Shown: positions 17,116 through 26,763 of the stretch, piece after piece
How the letters are laid out: the number at the start of each line of letters is the position of its first letter
How positions within the stretch are numbered: position 1 is the stretch's first letter
Virus record (IMG/VR): IMGVR_UViG_3300036773_000146
Coordinates: 64,001-128,000 of that record
From: a virus
Length of the DNA: 64,000 nt
Reading direction: 5' to 3' (one strand)
The notes under the pieces: generated by a model
The model's database searches: none
The model's input: only the letters and a program-made list of their open reading frames with translations
Told to the model about the DNA's origin: nothing
Translations under genes and position numbers: made by a program

Positions 17116-17549
17116 AGGAACTCACCCCAGTACTCCTCCGCGATGCTCTCGCCCTCGCTCTGGTGCTCGGCCTCGCGCTCCAGCGACTTCCGGTAAGCGC
17201 GAGCATCCGCGAGAAGCTCGGCAAAGTCGTTGGCCTCTATGGCGATGAGGTCCAGCTCCGGGCGCAGCGCGTTGCCCGGGGAGTACCAGCGCAGGGCCAA
17301 CACCGTGGTCAGGCCGTGACTCTGCTCGACGGCCTTGGCCCACATGTCCCGGGTCACGCCGACCGACTTGCCCCGGGTGGCCTTGCCGTCCCAGGCCAGC
17401 GGATGCGCCTGTTCGTGCCGGTCGTTCTTGCCGTCCATCTGGTCGGCGAACTGGTTGCCGGAGCCCTTAGTGCGGCGGCCGCCGAGCAGCTCGGCCAGGT
17501 AGATCTCGTGGCGATCACTGAGCTTGCGGGTGGTCGGGTCAGCGGCCAT
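17112..17549 (-). CDS. Hjc-like PD-(D/E)XK nuclease
   Basis: HE..LA..LGGRRT.GSG....MDG...WDGKAT. Confidence 0.65.
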   Translation of the reverse strand: MAADPTTRKLSDRHEIYLAELLGGRRTKGSGNQFADQMDGKNDRHEQAHPLAWDGKATRGKSVGVTRDMWAKAVEQSHGLTTVLALRWYSPGNALRPELDLIAIEANDFAELLADARAYRKSLEREAEHQSEGESIAEEYWGEFL

Positions 17550-17952
17550 GGACGATCGCCTCCAGGTCGCCGGGCTGACAGGACAGGCAGTTCTGGAAGC
17601 TGACCCCGAGCGGGAGCCGGGTCTGCTTGTTCAGCAGCGGGGTCTGCCAGAACCACTGGCCGGGCAGGATTTCCCGCTCGCAGGTCAGGCAGTGCATCGC
17701 GCTCTCGAAGTCCTCCGGCCGGTATTGCAGGCGTTCGGACTCGCCCCAGGCCGTGGTCGGCGCTCCGATGATCTGCGCCAGCGCACGGTCCATGATCCGG
17801 TGGTCCGGCAGCTCGACCTGGTCCGGCTCCTCAACGTCGACGACCGGGGGTGGAGTCATGTGCTTGCCGACGTTGCCGACGACGAGTGCGACGACCGCGA
17901 TCACAGCAATCGCCAGCGCGCCGATCAGCATCTCGACGGTGTTCGCGTTCAC
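17539..17952 (-). CDS. membrane-anchored protein with CxxC pairs
   Basis: N-terminal TM helix; CLTC...CLSC. Confidence 0.55.
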   Translation of the reverse strand: MNANTVEMLIGALAIAVIAVVALVVGNVGKHMTPPPVVDVEEPDQVELPDHRIMDRALAQIIGAPTTAWGESERLQYRPEDFESAMHCLTCEREILPGQWFWQTPLLNKQTRLPLGVSFQNCLSCQPGDLEAIVHGR

Positions 17953-19022
17953 CCTTCCTCCAGTGGGTTCGTGACGACCTCGTGCGCCTTGGTGGCCAGG
18001 GTCTTCTCCCGGATCGGGTCGACGGCGGCCGGGTTCTCGCGCAGGTAGGCCAGCACGGCGGCCTCACCGTTGTGCTCGGAGCCGTCGGGCAGGTCGTACC
18101 AGGCGCCGCGTCGTCCGAACACCCCCGCGCGTTTGGCCGTGGCGAACACATCAAACGGCACATCCAGGCCGACCGGACCGTACTTCTCGGTGACCTGGTT
18201 GTAGAAGGTCATCTCCGCCGTCCGGCGCGGCGGCGCGACCTTGTTCTTCTCGATCAGGACGGCAAGCTTCTGCCCGACCTGCTCCTCCTCGCCCTTGCCG
18301 CCGATCATGATCGGCTTGTCCGCACGGCGAAATTTCAACCGGTGCGTGGTCACGTGGGAGAGCGCGAAGCCGCCGGTGCGCGTGATGTCGCCGCCGTAGG
18401 ACAGGTTGGCCCGGACCTGATTGATGATCCACAGCATCCCGGCCGTCTGGTTCAGGTCGGCCGCCGCGATCTTCACCATGCGGGTGACGGTCTTGGCCAC
18501 CAGGGCCATCGTGGCCTCGTCGGCGGCCTTGTCCTTCTCCTGCTGGGGAATCATGGCGCCGACCGAGTCCAGGACGATCGGACCGAACATCGGCTCGTTG
18601 CCGTCCTTGGCGTTGATCAGCTCCTTGACCAGGTCGGCCGTCTCCTCGGCGTTGTTCGGCTGCACGAGCAGGAATCGGTTCGAGTCCAGGCTGACCCCGT
18701 GCGCACGGGCCCAGTCCAGATCGAAGGTGTTCTCCGCGTCGATCCAGCCGACCATGCGCTTCGGGTGCTGGCGCTGGTACTCGGCGACGGACCAGGTGAG
18801 CAGGGTGGACTTGCCGGTCTGCTCCGGGCCCCACAGCTCCGAGACGCGGCCCTTCACGAAGCCGCCGCCCATCGCATAGTCCAGAGCCAGGGAGCCGGTG
18901 GAGGCGAACTCGGGGCCGGGACCGGAGGTGTCGCGGATGTTCACTTCCTCGTGTCGCTTGGTGAAGCCGTCCATGAAGCGGCCCAGCGCGGCCGCACCGG
19001 GACCCTCGGTCTTCTTGGGCAT
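17949..19022 (-). CDS. recA: RecA recombinase
   Basis: STGSLALD, GPEQTGKST, IDAE, LDSV, INQVR, KNKVAPP. Confidence 0.96.
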   Translation of the reverse strand: MPKKTEGPGAAALGRFMDGFTKRHEEVNIRDTSGPGPEFASTGSLALDYAMGGGFVKGRVSELWGPEQTGKSTLLTWSVAEYQRQHPKRMVGWIDAENTFDLDWARAHGVSLDSNRFLLVQPNNAEETADLVKELINAKDGNEPMFGPIVLDSVGAMIPQQEKDKAADEATMALVAKTVTRMVKIAAADLNQTAGMLWIINQVRANLSYGGDITRTGGFALSHVTTHRLKFRRADKPIMIGGKGEEEQVGQKLAVLIEKNKVAPPRRTAEMTFYNQVTEKYGPVGLDVPFDVFATAKRAGVFGRRGAWYDLPDGSEHNGEAAVLAYLRENPAAVDPIREKTLATKAHEVVTNPLEEG

Positions 19023-19030
19023 GGCGCTCC

Positions 19031-22000
19031 TCATTCGGTGTCGTCGATCGGCAGATAGACCTTCAGGGTCTGGCCCCGGTCGGTCTTCAACATGCTGGTG
19101 TAGACCAATCCGCCCTTGCGGAATTGGGGGGAGAACTGCTCCCACTCGTCCGGGAAGCAGACGGCGGAAACGGTGCCGCGCGGAGTGGTGAGTTTGACGA
19201 AGCCCATGTCCTGACGGTTCTTCGCGTGGTAGTGATCTTGCAGCAGTGCGGCGACCATGTAGGTGCCGTTCGGGCCGGACTCGACGTCCTCGGCGGTGGC
19301 GAACTCCGCCAGGTCCTCGGCCGGGATCGCGTCGAACGGCGTGGAGGACAGGTAGATGCCGAGCATGTCCTGCTCGATCTCGCGGATCTGCTTGTCGGTG
19401 TAGGGCGCCACGGTGCCTACGGCATCATCCACCGTGATCGGCTGCCATTGGCGGCAGGCCTTCGAGCACTTCTTCGGCGGCGGCTTGCGCCGGACCTTCT
19501 TGCCGGTGGCTGCATTGACCTCGTCCGGCTCGGTGGCCCAGTCGTAGCCGCAGGGGATGGCCCAGTCGATCTTCTCGGGCTCTTGCGAGGCCCCGCGCTT
19601 GGGCGTGGGCAGCCAGACGACATCCGACGTGGCCGGTCCACGGTGGACGCACTTCTCAGCGTCCTTGATCGCTCCGTGCTCCAGCACCCGTTCCAGGTAC
19701 CGCCGGTTGGGCACCAGCGAATCCAGGGCGCCGATCCGGACGAGGGTCTTCACCACGCCGACGTTGGCGCCGGAGCGCTCACAGAAGTCCTCCCAGGACG
19801 CGTACGGCTGGCCACCCAGGATGCTCTCCACGGCGGCCGGGCCGACACCCTTGATCGAGTCAATCCCGAAGCGGATGTCGAGACCGGTGTCGCCGAGAGA
19901 GAAGCCACGCCCGGACAGGTTGATGTCCGGCGGCAGCACCTTGTACCCCATCCGCCGCGCCTCCTCGATGAAGGCCGGGTACTTCTCGGCGTCCACGATG
20001 GACAGTGCGGCGGTCAGGAAGTACAGCGGGTAATGGAATTTGAACCACGCCGTCCACACGCCGAGGATGGCATAGGCCAAGGCATGCGCATACCCGAACG
20101 AGTAGCGGGCGAACTCCTCCATCTGCTCCCAAAGGTCGCGCGTCACGTGCTCGGCGGTACCGTTGCCCATGGCCCGCTCGATGAAGTCGACGCCGAGCTT
20201 CTTGGCCTCCTCGACCTTCTTCTTGCCGAGCACCTTGCGCACCTTGTCGGCCTGCACGTCGTCGTAGCCCGCGAGCACCATGCACAGCTTCATCAGCTGC
20301 TCCTGGTAGATCATCGCGCCCCAGGTCTTGGCCAGCACGTCCTCCATACGCGGGTCGGCGTAGGAGACCTCCATTTCGCCCTTGCGGCGAGCCAGGTAGA
20401 GGTCGGTCAGCCCGGATCGCGACGGGCCCGGCCGGACCAGAGTGACGAGGTCGGCCAGTTCGTGCAGGTCCCTCGGCTTCATCCGGCGGGACATCGCGGT
20501 GCCGATCACCGAGCCGATCTGGAACAGCCCGAGGGTGTGGCCCTCGCTGATCTGCTCGTAGAGGTACGGGTCCTCCAGCTCGTCGACCCAGGCATAGGGA
20601 TTGATCACCTTGCCGGTGCGCTCGCGAATGAGGTCCATGGCCTTTTGCAGCATGTCCAGGTTGGAGATGTTGAGCAGGTCGAATTTCACGTAGCCGAGCA
20701 TCTCCAGCACCTTGAGGTCGAACTGGGCGATCATCTGCCCGTCCTCGCCCATCCGCAGGGGCAGGTTCTCGGTCAACGGCGCGTCGGGGTCGATGATGAC
20801 GCCCGCCGGGTGCTTGCCGTAGCTCTTCAGGCGGCCGTGGAACTGCTCGGCCAGCTCGAACACCTGCGGGTACTTGTCCGCGTAGGTCTGCAACAGCTCG
20901 CCTGCGCGATCCCACAGGTCATCCCAGGACAGCCCCAGACCGGCCGTGTCGCCCTCGGCGGCCTCGATGATGGCCGAGCACGCCTGGATGTCGATCCAGT
21001 GGTCCTCGGGCAGCTGAGACTTCAGCGCGCGGGCCACGGCCTGGATGGCCGACTTGCTCTTGAGTCGCATGTGCGTGCCGACGGTGGCGACATTGTCGGC
21101 GCCCCAGCGCCGCGCCACGTAGCCGTACATCTCGGACTTCTTGCTCGACGGGAAGTCGATGTCGAAGTCCGGCAGCTCGGTGCGACCCTTGGTCATGAAC
21201 CGCTCGAACAGCACGTCGTGCTCGACCGGGTCGATCTCGGTGATGCCGAGCAGGTAGGCCACCAGCGAGCCGCCGCCGGAGCCACGCCCCGGCCCGACCA
21301 GAATGCCGGTCTGCTTCGCGTAGCCGACCAGGTCGGCGACCATCAGGAAGTAGCCCGCGAAGCCCTTCTCGGCGATCAGGCCGAACTCGGTCTCGAACCG
21401 GGCCATGTAGGCGTCGGCGTCCAGCCGCTTGCCGAGGGTGCGCTCGTCCCAGCGGGTCAGGCAGTCGTCCAGCAGCCGGGTGATGTCCTGTTGGGCCGGG
21501 TCCGGAATCTCGGCGGTCTTCCGCGAGTAGACCGGGTTGTGGCTGGCCAGGGTGATCTCGGCGGTGCACCGGTCGGCGACGACCATCGTGTTGGCCACCA
21601 GCCGGTCGACGTGCGCGCCCAGGTAGGCCACCGACGCGCGGGCGTCGGCCTCGGTCATCAGGTGGTAGTCCTCGTCGCCCTCGAACATGGTCGAATCGGC
21701 CAGCTCGTCCAGCGTCTTGCCGATCGCGCTGGCCACCCAGACCTTGTGCGAGTGCTTGTCGTCCGGCATCGGGTAGTGCGAGTCGCAGGCGAGAATCGGC
21801 TCAATGCCGTAGGCGGTGGCCGCGTCGAGCAGCCACTGGTTGCCGCTGACCTGCTCGGGCGCGCTGCCCGGCTGGATCTCCAGGTAGAGCCGGTCGCCGA
21901 AGATCTCGTGCAGGCGCAGCAGATTGCTGGTGGCCAGCTCCTCGTCACCCCGGTTCAGCGGCTTAAGCACGGGGCCGCCGAGGCACGCGGTGGTGGCGAT

Positions 22001-22396
22001 GACGCCCTTGTTCAGGCGTTGCAGGGTGTCCCAGTCGAGCCGGGCGTACTTGCCCCACAGGCCGTCACGGTAGGACTCGGTGGACATGGACCACAGGTTG
22101 CGCAGGCCCTCGTCGTCCATGGCCAGCAGGATCAGGTGCCAGTAGTCGGACGGCTTCTTGCCCCCCTCCTTGCGCTCGAACCGGTCATCGACGAAGTAGG
22201 CCTCCAGGCCGAAGATCGGCTTGATGCCCTCGGCCTTGCAGGCCAGCTGGAAGTCCGGATGCGCCGCGCAGATGCCGTGATCGGTGATGGCGAGCGCGGT
22301 CTGGCCGTCGGCGGCCGCGAGCTTGGCCAGCTCCTTCGGTGTGGAAAGGCCGTCCAACGCGGAATATTCTGAGTGCACGTGCAAATGGGTGAACAT
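19031..22396 (-). CDS. dnaE: DNA polymerase III alpha subunit
   Basis: HLHVHSEYSALDG PHP domain, GPGRGSGGGSLV, PDFDIDF, KFDLL, YSFGYAHA. Confidence 0.97.
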   Translation of the reverse strand: MFTHLHVHSEYSALDGLSTPKELAKLAAADGQTALAITDHGICAAHPDFQLACKAEGIKPIFGLEAYFVDDRFERKEGGKKPSDYWHLILLAMDDEGLRNLWSMSTESYRDGLWGKYARLDWDTLQRLNKGVIATTACLGGPVLKPLNRGDEELATSNLLRLHEIFGDRLYLEIQPGSAPEQVSGNQWLLDAATAYGIEPILACDSHYPMPDDKHSHKVWVASAIGKTLDELADSTMFEGDEDYHLMTEADARASVAYLGAHVDRLVANTMVVADRCTAEITLASHNPVYSRKTAEIPDPAQQDITRLLDDCLTRWDERTLGKRLDADAYMARFETEFGLIAEKGFAGYFLMVADLVGYAKQTGILVGPGRGSGGGSLVAYLLGITEIDPVEHDVLFERFMTKGRTELPDFDIDFPSSKKSEMYGYVARRWGADNVATVGTHMRLKSKSAIQAVARALKSQLPEDHWIDIQACSAIIEAAEGDTAGLGLSWDDLWDRAGELLQTYADKYPQVFELAEQFHGRLKSYGKHPAGVIIDPDAPLTENLPLRMGEDGQMIAQFDLKVLEMLGYVKFDLLNISNLDMLQKAMDLIRERTGKVINPYAWVDELEDPYLYEQISEGHTLGLFQIGSVIGTAMSRRMKPRDLHELADLVTLVRPGPSRSGLTDLYLARRKGEMEVSYADPRMEDVLAKTWGAMIYQEQLMKLCMVLAGYDDVQADKVRKVLGKKKVEEAKKLGVDFIERAMGNGTAEHVTRDLWEQMEEFARYSFGYAHALAYAILGVWTAWFKFHYPLYFLTAALSIVDAEKYPAFIEEARRMGYKVLPPDINLSGRGFSLGDTGLDIRFGIDSIKGVGPAAVESILGGQPYASWEDFCERSGANVGVVKTLVRIGALDSLVPNRRYLERVLEHGAIKDAEKCVHRGPATSDVVWLPTPKRGASQEPEKIDWAIPCGYDWATEPDEVNAATGKKVRRKPPPKKCSKACRQWQPITVDDAVGTVAPYTDKQIREIEQDMLGIYLSSTPFDAIPAEDLAEFATAEDVESGPNGTYMVAALLQDHYHAKNRQDMGFVKLTTPRGTVSAVCFPDEWEQFSPQFRKGGLVYTSMLKTDRGQTLKVYLPIDDTE

Positions 22397-22430
22397 CTGG
22401 GCATCCTCTGGTACGGATGCGATGTGCGAG

Positions 22431-22462
22431 CGCCGGAGCCCCTACCTGGGCGAGGCTCCGGC
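22431..22462 (-). terminator. stem-loop after the SSB gene
   Basis: CGCCGGAGCC...GGCTCCGGCG. Confidence 0.6.
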
Positions 22463-22495
22463 GATCGGCTACATCGTATCGGACAGGTGAGTGGA

Positions 22496-23572
22496 TCAGT
22501 CCGCCGATGCGGTGGAGACGTTCTTGAGACGGGCCTTCATCGCTTCCATCCGGTCCCGGGTGGTCGAACCCGAGGAGGCGTCGCCCTCCTCCGGAAGAGC
22601 GCCCGCCATGTCGCCGTCGTGGCTGGAGTCGGGCTCGCTGACCGGCTCCGCGCGCTTGGCCACGCGCTGCTTCGGCGTGGCCTTCTGCTCGTCCTTGGAC
22701 TCGTCGTCGTCCTTGGTCCCGAGGACCGGGAACGGGTGCCGGGTGTCGAAGAACTTGTCGTAGTGGTTGTCGGCGGCCTGCTCCTCGATCACGGCTTCGA
22801 GGTCGAGGATCTTCGCGTACGACTCGCGCACCGCCGGGTCCTGAAGGGTGTACGGCTTGCCGTCGTCGTTGAAGATCTTGTCCAGGGGGACGATGTCGAA
22901 GTCGGTGTCCTTGCCGGAGCCCACCTTGGTGATCTTGTAGTCCCGGTCGAGGACCGTGCCGTAGGTCTCCGCGCAGGCCTGGAATTTCTGGAAGAAGTTG
23001 CTCATCGCCTGGTTGAGAACGATGACCTCCTTCTCCTTCTTGGTCTTGCCCGTCGACTCGCCCTTGACGTCGGTCTCCTCGATCTCGACCTCGCGGTCCT
23101 GGTAGCCGACCGGCAGTCCGACCTGGTACTCCTCGATCTCACCGCGCGCGAGCATGGCCTTCGTACCGATGATCTCGTCGCGCAGAACCGCGCGGGCCCA
23201 GACCCGGATCTGCGGGAAGTACTTGCCCCGCTTGTTGTTGGGGTTGGTCATCTCGTCGCAGATGAAGCACTCGCCGTCGAACTCGGGGAAGACCAGGTCG
23301 CCTTCCTTGGTCTTCGACTTGCGGCAGACGGCACCCATGGTCTCGGGCCACTTCTTGCCCGACTCGGACTTGAAGTCCGGCGGCGTGCCCTTGGTGGGGA
23401 CGAAGCTGTGCTGGTGGATCCAGATCCACTCTTCGTGATCGTCGACCAGCCGCACGATCGCGGACTCGTCCTCTGCCAGCCGGAGGTAGTTGGTCTTGCG
23501 GAAGCCGGAGCGGGCGGCCTGCTCTTTGACCGCTTCGCGGGCGGACTTGCCACCCTTGTTGAAATTCGCCAT
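22496..23572 (-). CDS. phage ssDNA-binding protein (gp32-like)
   Basis: LRL..DESAIVR, QH, C...CFIC Zn ligands, RDYKITKVGSGKDTDFDIVP, acidic tail; position between primase and polymerase. Confidence 0.75.
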   Translation of the reverse strand: MANFNKGGKSAREAVKEQAARSGFRKTNYLRLAEDESAIVRLVDDHEEWIWIHQHSFVPTKGTPPDFKSESGKKWPETMGAVCRKSKTKEGDLVFPEFDGECFICDEMTNPNNKRGKYFPQIRVWARAVLRDEIIGTKAMLARGEIEEYQVGLPVGYQDREVEIEETDVKGESTGKTKKEKEVIVLNQAMSNFFQKFQACAETYGTVLDRDYKITKVGSGKDTDFDIVPLDKIFNDDGKPYTLQDPAVRESYAKILDLEAVIEEQAADNHYDKFFDTRHPFPVLGTKDDDESKDEQKATPKQRVAKRAEPVSEPDSSHDGDMAGALPEEGDASSGSTTRDRMEAMKARLKNVSTASAD

Positions 23573-23639
23573 TTTCGTGCCATTTCCTTCGCGTGTGGTG
23601 TCGTATTTTTGTCGTGTAACGCGTGGAGGTGTCGTGTTT

Positions 23640-24476
23640 TTAGTTTCCGTCCAGGAGTGCGGCGGCCGCTGCGGCTGCCATGTCCTGGTCGGGTTCGTGG
23701 TCTTCCCGGAGGTAGGCCGTGCTCATACCGTACGTGCGGTGTACGACAAAACGTGAGTCCGTGCGGCTGCGCCCGCAAAATCCGACGCAGAAACGGATCG
23801 ACACCTCCTGTGCGGCGAGCTGACTGACGATCATCGACTGCCAGCGAGCCAGACGCCCGGTTTCCGGACACCCACTCGACCACCGGTAGTAGCCCCAGAG
23901 CCACGGCTGCTGATCGAGACCTTCATCATGCACGAGATCCGGCTCTTTGTCATCCCCTTCCGGGTAGTGGCGGGGTGACGAGTCACTCTCGGGCTCCAGA
24001 CCCATCTCACGCATGATCTCGTGCTGCGTGGCCCGGGTGTCCGGAGACGGATTCCGGCGCATCGCCTCGCGCTTGATCCGCTCTTCGAGCAGCCGCTTCT
24101 GGACGCGGTCGAGGTGCGTCTCGCCGAGCGGGGCCCGGTTGTAGGCCCGGCGGGCGTCCTCGTCCAGCAGCAGCTGGAACACCTCGGTCAGGTACGGGTC
24201 GTCCGGTCCCCCGGCGGCCGCGTAGTGCTCCCGCAGACTCCGGCGGGTGATGCCCTCGTAGGGGAAGGAGAACCCCAGCGCGCGGTAGTAGCCGTTCACG
24301 TCGAAGACGACCATGGGCACGATGGCCAGCACCGTGCACGAGGACGCCTCCAGAGGCCCGCTGCCCGCACGCCGGGGTCGGTCGTACCAGCCGGGCTCCA
24401 CGACCGCCTGCGGGGCAGCTGAGGGCCCGTACTGGTACCCGGAGAGATCCAGCGGCGGGCCGAATCCCCCGCTCAT
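23640..24476 (-). CDS. degenerate J-domain (DnaJ-like) protein
   Basis: GYYRALG...LREHY...LLDEDARRAYN; canonical HPD absent. Confidence 0.6.
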   Translation of the reverse strand: MSGGFGPPLDLSGYQYGPSAAPQAVVEPGWYDRPRRAGSGPLEASSCTVLAIVPMVVFDVNGYYRALGFSFPYEGITRRSLREHYAAAGGPDDPYLTEVFQLLLDEDARRAYNRAPLGETHLDRVQKRLLEERIKREAMRRNPSPDTRATQHEIMREMGLEPESDSSPRHYPEGDDKEPDLVHDEGLDQQPWLWGYYRWSSGCPETGRLARWQSMIVSQLAAQEVSIRFCVGFCGRSRTDSRFVVHRTYGMSTAYLREDHEPDQDMAAAAAAALLDGN

Positions 24477-24658
24477 GCGCCTTCGGGATCAGCGACGGAC
24501 CACTCCTGCGGCTCCTCGTCGTCCCAGTCGCCCGCCGGGGCGGCCGGGCGACCGTCGCCGGAGAGGCTGGCGCTCAGGGTGATGCCCTCGGGCAGCTCCT
24601 CGCCGCCCTCCTGCTGCTCCGCCTGGTGCTCGGTGCCGTACTTGCGCATGGCGATCAT
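24473..24658 (-). CDS. small acidic hypothetical protein
   Basis: RBS GAAGG, ATGA overlaps. Confidence 0.55.
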   Translation of the reverse strand: MIAMRKYGTEHQAEQQEGGEELPEGITLSASLSGDGRPAAPAGDWDDEEPQEWSVADPEGA

Positions 24659-26763
24659 CCTTCTTTCCATTCGGTGAGAGCCGTGGGCCGCTGCCAGAGC
24701 GACCAGGGCACGGCGGTCTTGACGAACCGATCCACCACGTCGTCGGGCAGGTCGGCGGGATCCTTCCCACGGTAGGGGAACTCGACTACCCGGACCGGCA
24801 CATACCGCGTCAGGGCACCGAGGAGTCGTTCGGTGCCCTCCCAGCCGCCGGGGTCCGGGTCGAACCAGACCGTCAGCGACCGGGCTCGTTGCAGGATGCG
24901 CACCTGCTCGTCGGTGACCACCTTGCCGAAGCTGGCGATCATCGGCTGGTGATGGCAGTGCCGCAGGACCGACATCGGGCTCTCCACGAGCACCTGGTCG
25001 AGGTTCGGGCCATCCCAGCCGTAGATGATCCGGTTACGCGGGCAGCCGACGGAGTTCCGGTACTTCTCCGGGTGCGCGTCCTGCGGGCGGATAGCGCGAG
25101 CCTGCCAGCCGACCAGACGGCCCTCCCACCGGATCGGGATGATGATCCGCTCTTGGGGGTCGCGCGGCACCGGCGATCCGTCATAGTCACGCAGAACCGC
25201 ACCGGCCTCGTCGCGCTCGTATCCCATCGGATAGTGCTCGGCGTAGCCGATGCCGAAGCGGCGGCAGTTCTCTTCTGGGATCCCCCGGCAGGTGATGTCG
25301 CCGTAGGTCGCCTCGTCGGTCATGTACGGGTGGACGTTGTCCCAGGTCCACGGGTCCATGGTGGAATCCGGATAGACGGGCATCTCCTCGGCGCGCAGGG
25401 CCTGTCGGTTGAAGATCGCGTCGAGCTGCTCCAGGATCTTCGTCTTGTCCAGGACGTGCCCGTCGAGGCCCGTCTGCTCACCCAGCCATGCCCGTGCCGC
25501 CGTGTGGTCGTGCTCGCCGCGCACCAGGGCGATGAACCACAGCATGCCGCCGCGCGCACCGCAGCCGAGGCAGTTCCCCGTGAGCACGTTCCCGGCGAGC
25601 ACGAAGGACTGCGTGGTCGGCACCTCGGCACAGTAGACATCCTCGATCCGGTCGGTCTCTTCCACAGAGACCACCCACCAGTGCGTCCGCTCGTATCGAC
25701 GTCGCTCCTTGGCCTCCTCGAACCGCACCCGATGTGCGGGGATGAGGAAAAATTCAGGAGTCAGCGTGGAGTTGCGGAACGACAGCGCAGAAAGCTGGCC
25801 CTCTCGGCCGTGGATTCCAACTCGTGTCTTGGTCGAGAGTGAATAGGTGGCGACTCCGAGGCGATCACAGAGTGCCACGATGAAACGCAATGTCTCTTCC
25901 GATGCGCAGCTCAAGGTGATATGCCCGTCATCTGCCACGCACCCGTCGGCCGCGAAGTACCCGGCCAACCAGCCCCAGAGGTAGCTTGCCCCCTCGTTCA
26001 ATGAAGGGAGGCTCTTCCAGGAGCGGGGAAGTCCTCGGGTGATCACAGATCGGTCAGAGTAGTGCTTCACCTCATGGCCTGCGAAGTGCGGCAACATGGC
26101 CGCATCTTTTGCTCCGAAGAAGTTCGCTCGTGCGCCGTGTTCGGTCTGCTGACCATCTCCGTAAACAAATCCGGCCATGATCCCGATGGGCGACAGTCCG
26201 GTGCGGCCCGTGCGCGTCATGGCCCACACTGACGGGATTCGCTGACGGGGTTTGAGCTGGACCGTAGTGGTCTCCACCAGCCTGCTTTCGCGCCCCTTGG
26301 GCCGGATGTACCAGCGATGCTCGCCCGTGGTCTCCACGACGCGCTGGACACCGTTGCGTGACATCGTGACGCGGTAGATCCGATCGCGCCCATAGTGCTT
26401 GACCGGCGCATCCACCCACTTGCCATTGCCGTCAAGCAGCCGCACAGTCTGCCCAGCCAGCTTCGCGATCGGCACCTCGCCGTCGTAGGTCTTCACCAGG
26501 GTGTCCCCGGTGAGGCAGTGAAAGGCGAGCTTTTTGTAATTAAGTGACGCCGAAGGGTTACGGTCACCGTGGGCATGCGCATCCGGCACCGGGCAGCTGT
26601 GCACGATCTCGCCACGCGCCGTCGGCTGGCGGATGTTCTGGGCCCCGATCTCGGCCAGCAGATCCAGGCAAAGCTGCTTCTTGGTCTCGTCGTCGAGCAG
26701 GCCTGCATCGAACAGTCCCGCGCCCTGCGGCAGCGTCGCGGCACCCCGGTTGAAGTTAGCCAT
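24655..26763 (-). CDS. dnaG: DNA primase (CHC2 Zn finger + TOPRIM) containing an intein
   Basis: CP...H...D.NPS...FH|C..CG..GG; RIIIPI, GWQAR, KYRNS, LVES, FDPDPGG, KDPAD. Confidence 0.9.
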   Translation of the reverse strand: MANFNRGAATLPQGAGLFDAGLLDDETKKQLCLDLLAEIGAQNIRQPTARGEIVHSCPVPDAHAHGDRNPSASLNYKKLAFHCLTGDTLVKTYDGEVPIAKLAGQTVRLLDGNGKWVDAPVKHYGRDRIYRVTMSRNGVQRVVETTGEHRWYIRPKGRESRLVETTTVQLKPRQRIPSVWAMTRTGRTGLSPIGIMAGFVYGDGQQTEHGARANFFGAKDAAMLPHFAGHEVKHYSDRSVITRGLPRSWKSLPSLNEGASYLWGWLAGYFAADGCVADDGHITLSCASEETLRFIVALCDRLGVATYSLSTKTRVGIHGREGQLSALSFRNSTLTPEFFLIPAHRVRFEEAKERRRYERTHWWVVSVEETDRIEDVYCAEVPTTQSFVLAGNVLTGNCLGCGARGGMLWFIALVRGEHDHTAARAWLGEQTGLDGHVLDKTKILEQLDAIFNRQALRAEEMPVYPDSTMDPWTWDNVHPYMTDEATYGDITCRGIPEENCRRFGIGYAEHYPMGYERDEAGAVLRDYDGSPVPRDPQERIIIPIRWEGRLVGWQARAIRPQDAHPEKYRNSVGCPRNRIIYGWDGPNLDQVLVESPMSVLRHCHHQPMIASFGKVVTDEQVRILQRARSLTVWFDPDPGGWEGTERLLGALTRYVPVRVVEFPYRGKDPADLPDDVVDRFVKTAVPWSLWQRPTALTEWKEG
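25573..26517 (-). mobile_element. 315-aa intein with LAGLIDADG homing endonuclease
   Basis: begins CLTGDTLV, block B TTGEHRW, AGFVYGDG and LAGYFAADG, block F DVYC, ends LTGN before Cys+1. Confidence 0.93.

Noticed and set aside
19124-22372. 1082-aa plus-strand ORF (likewise 9131..11428, 26633..28651, 31887..33431, 43924..46734, 60612..62306)
   Set aside because: Antisense shadows of clear minus-strand genes, caused by high GC3; no recognisable motifs
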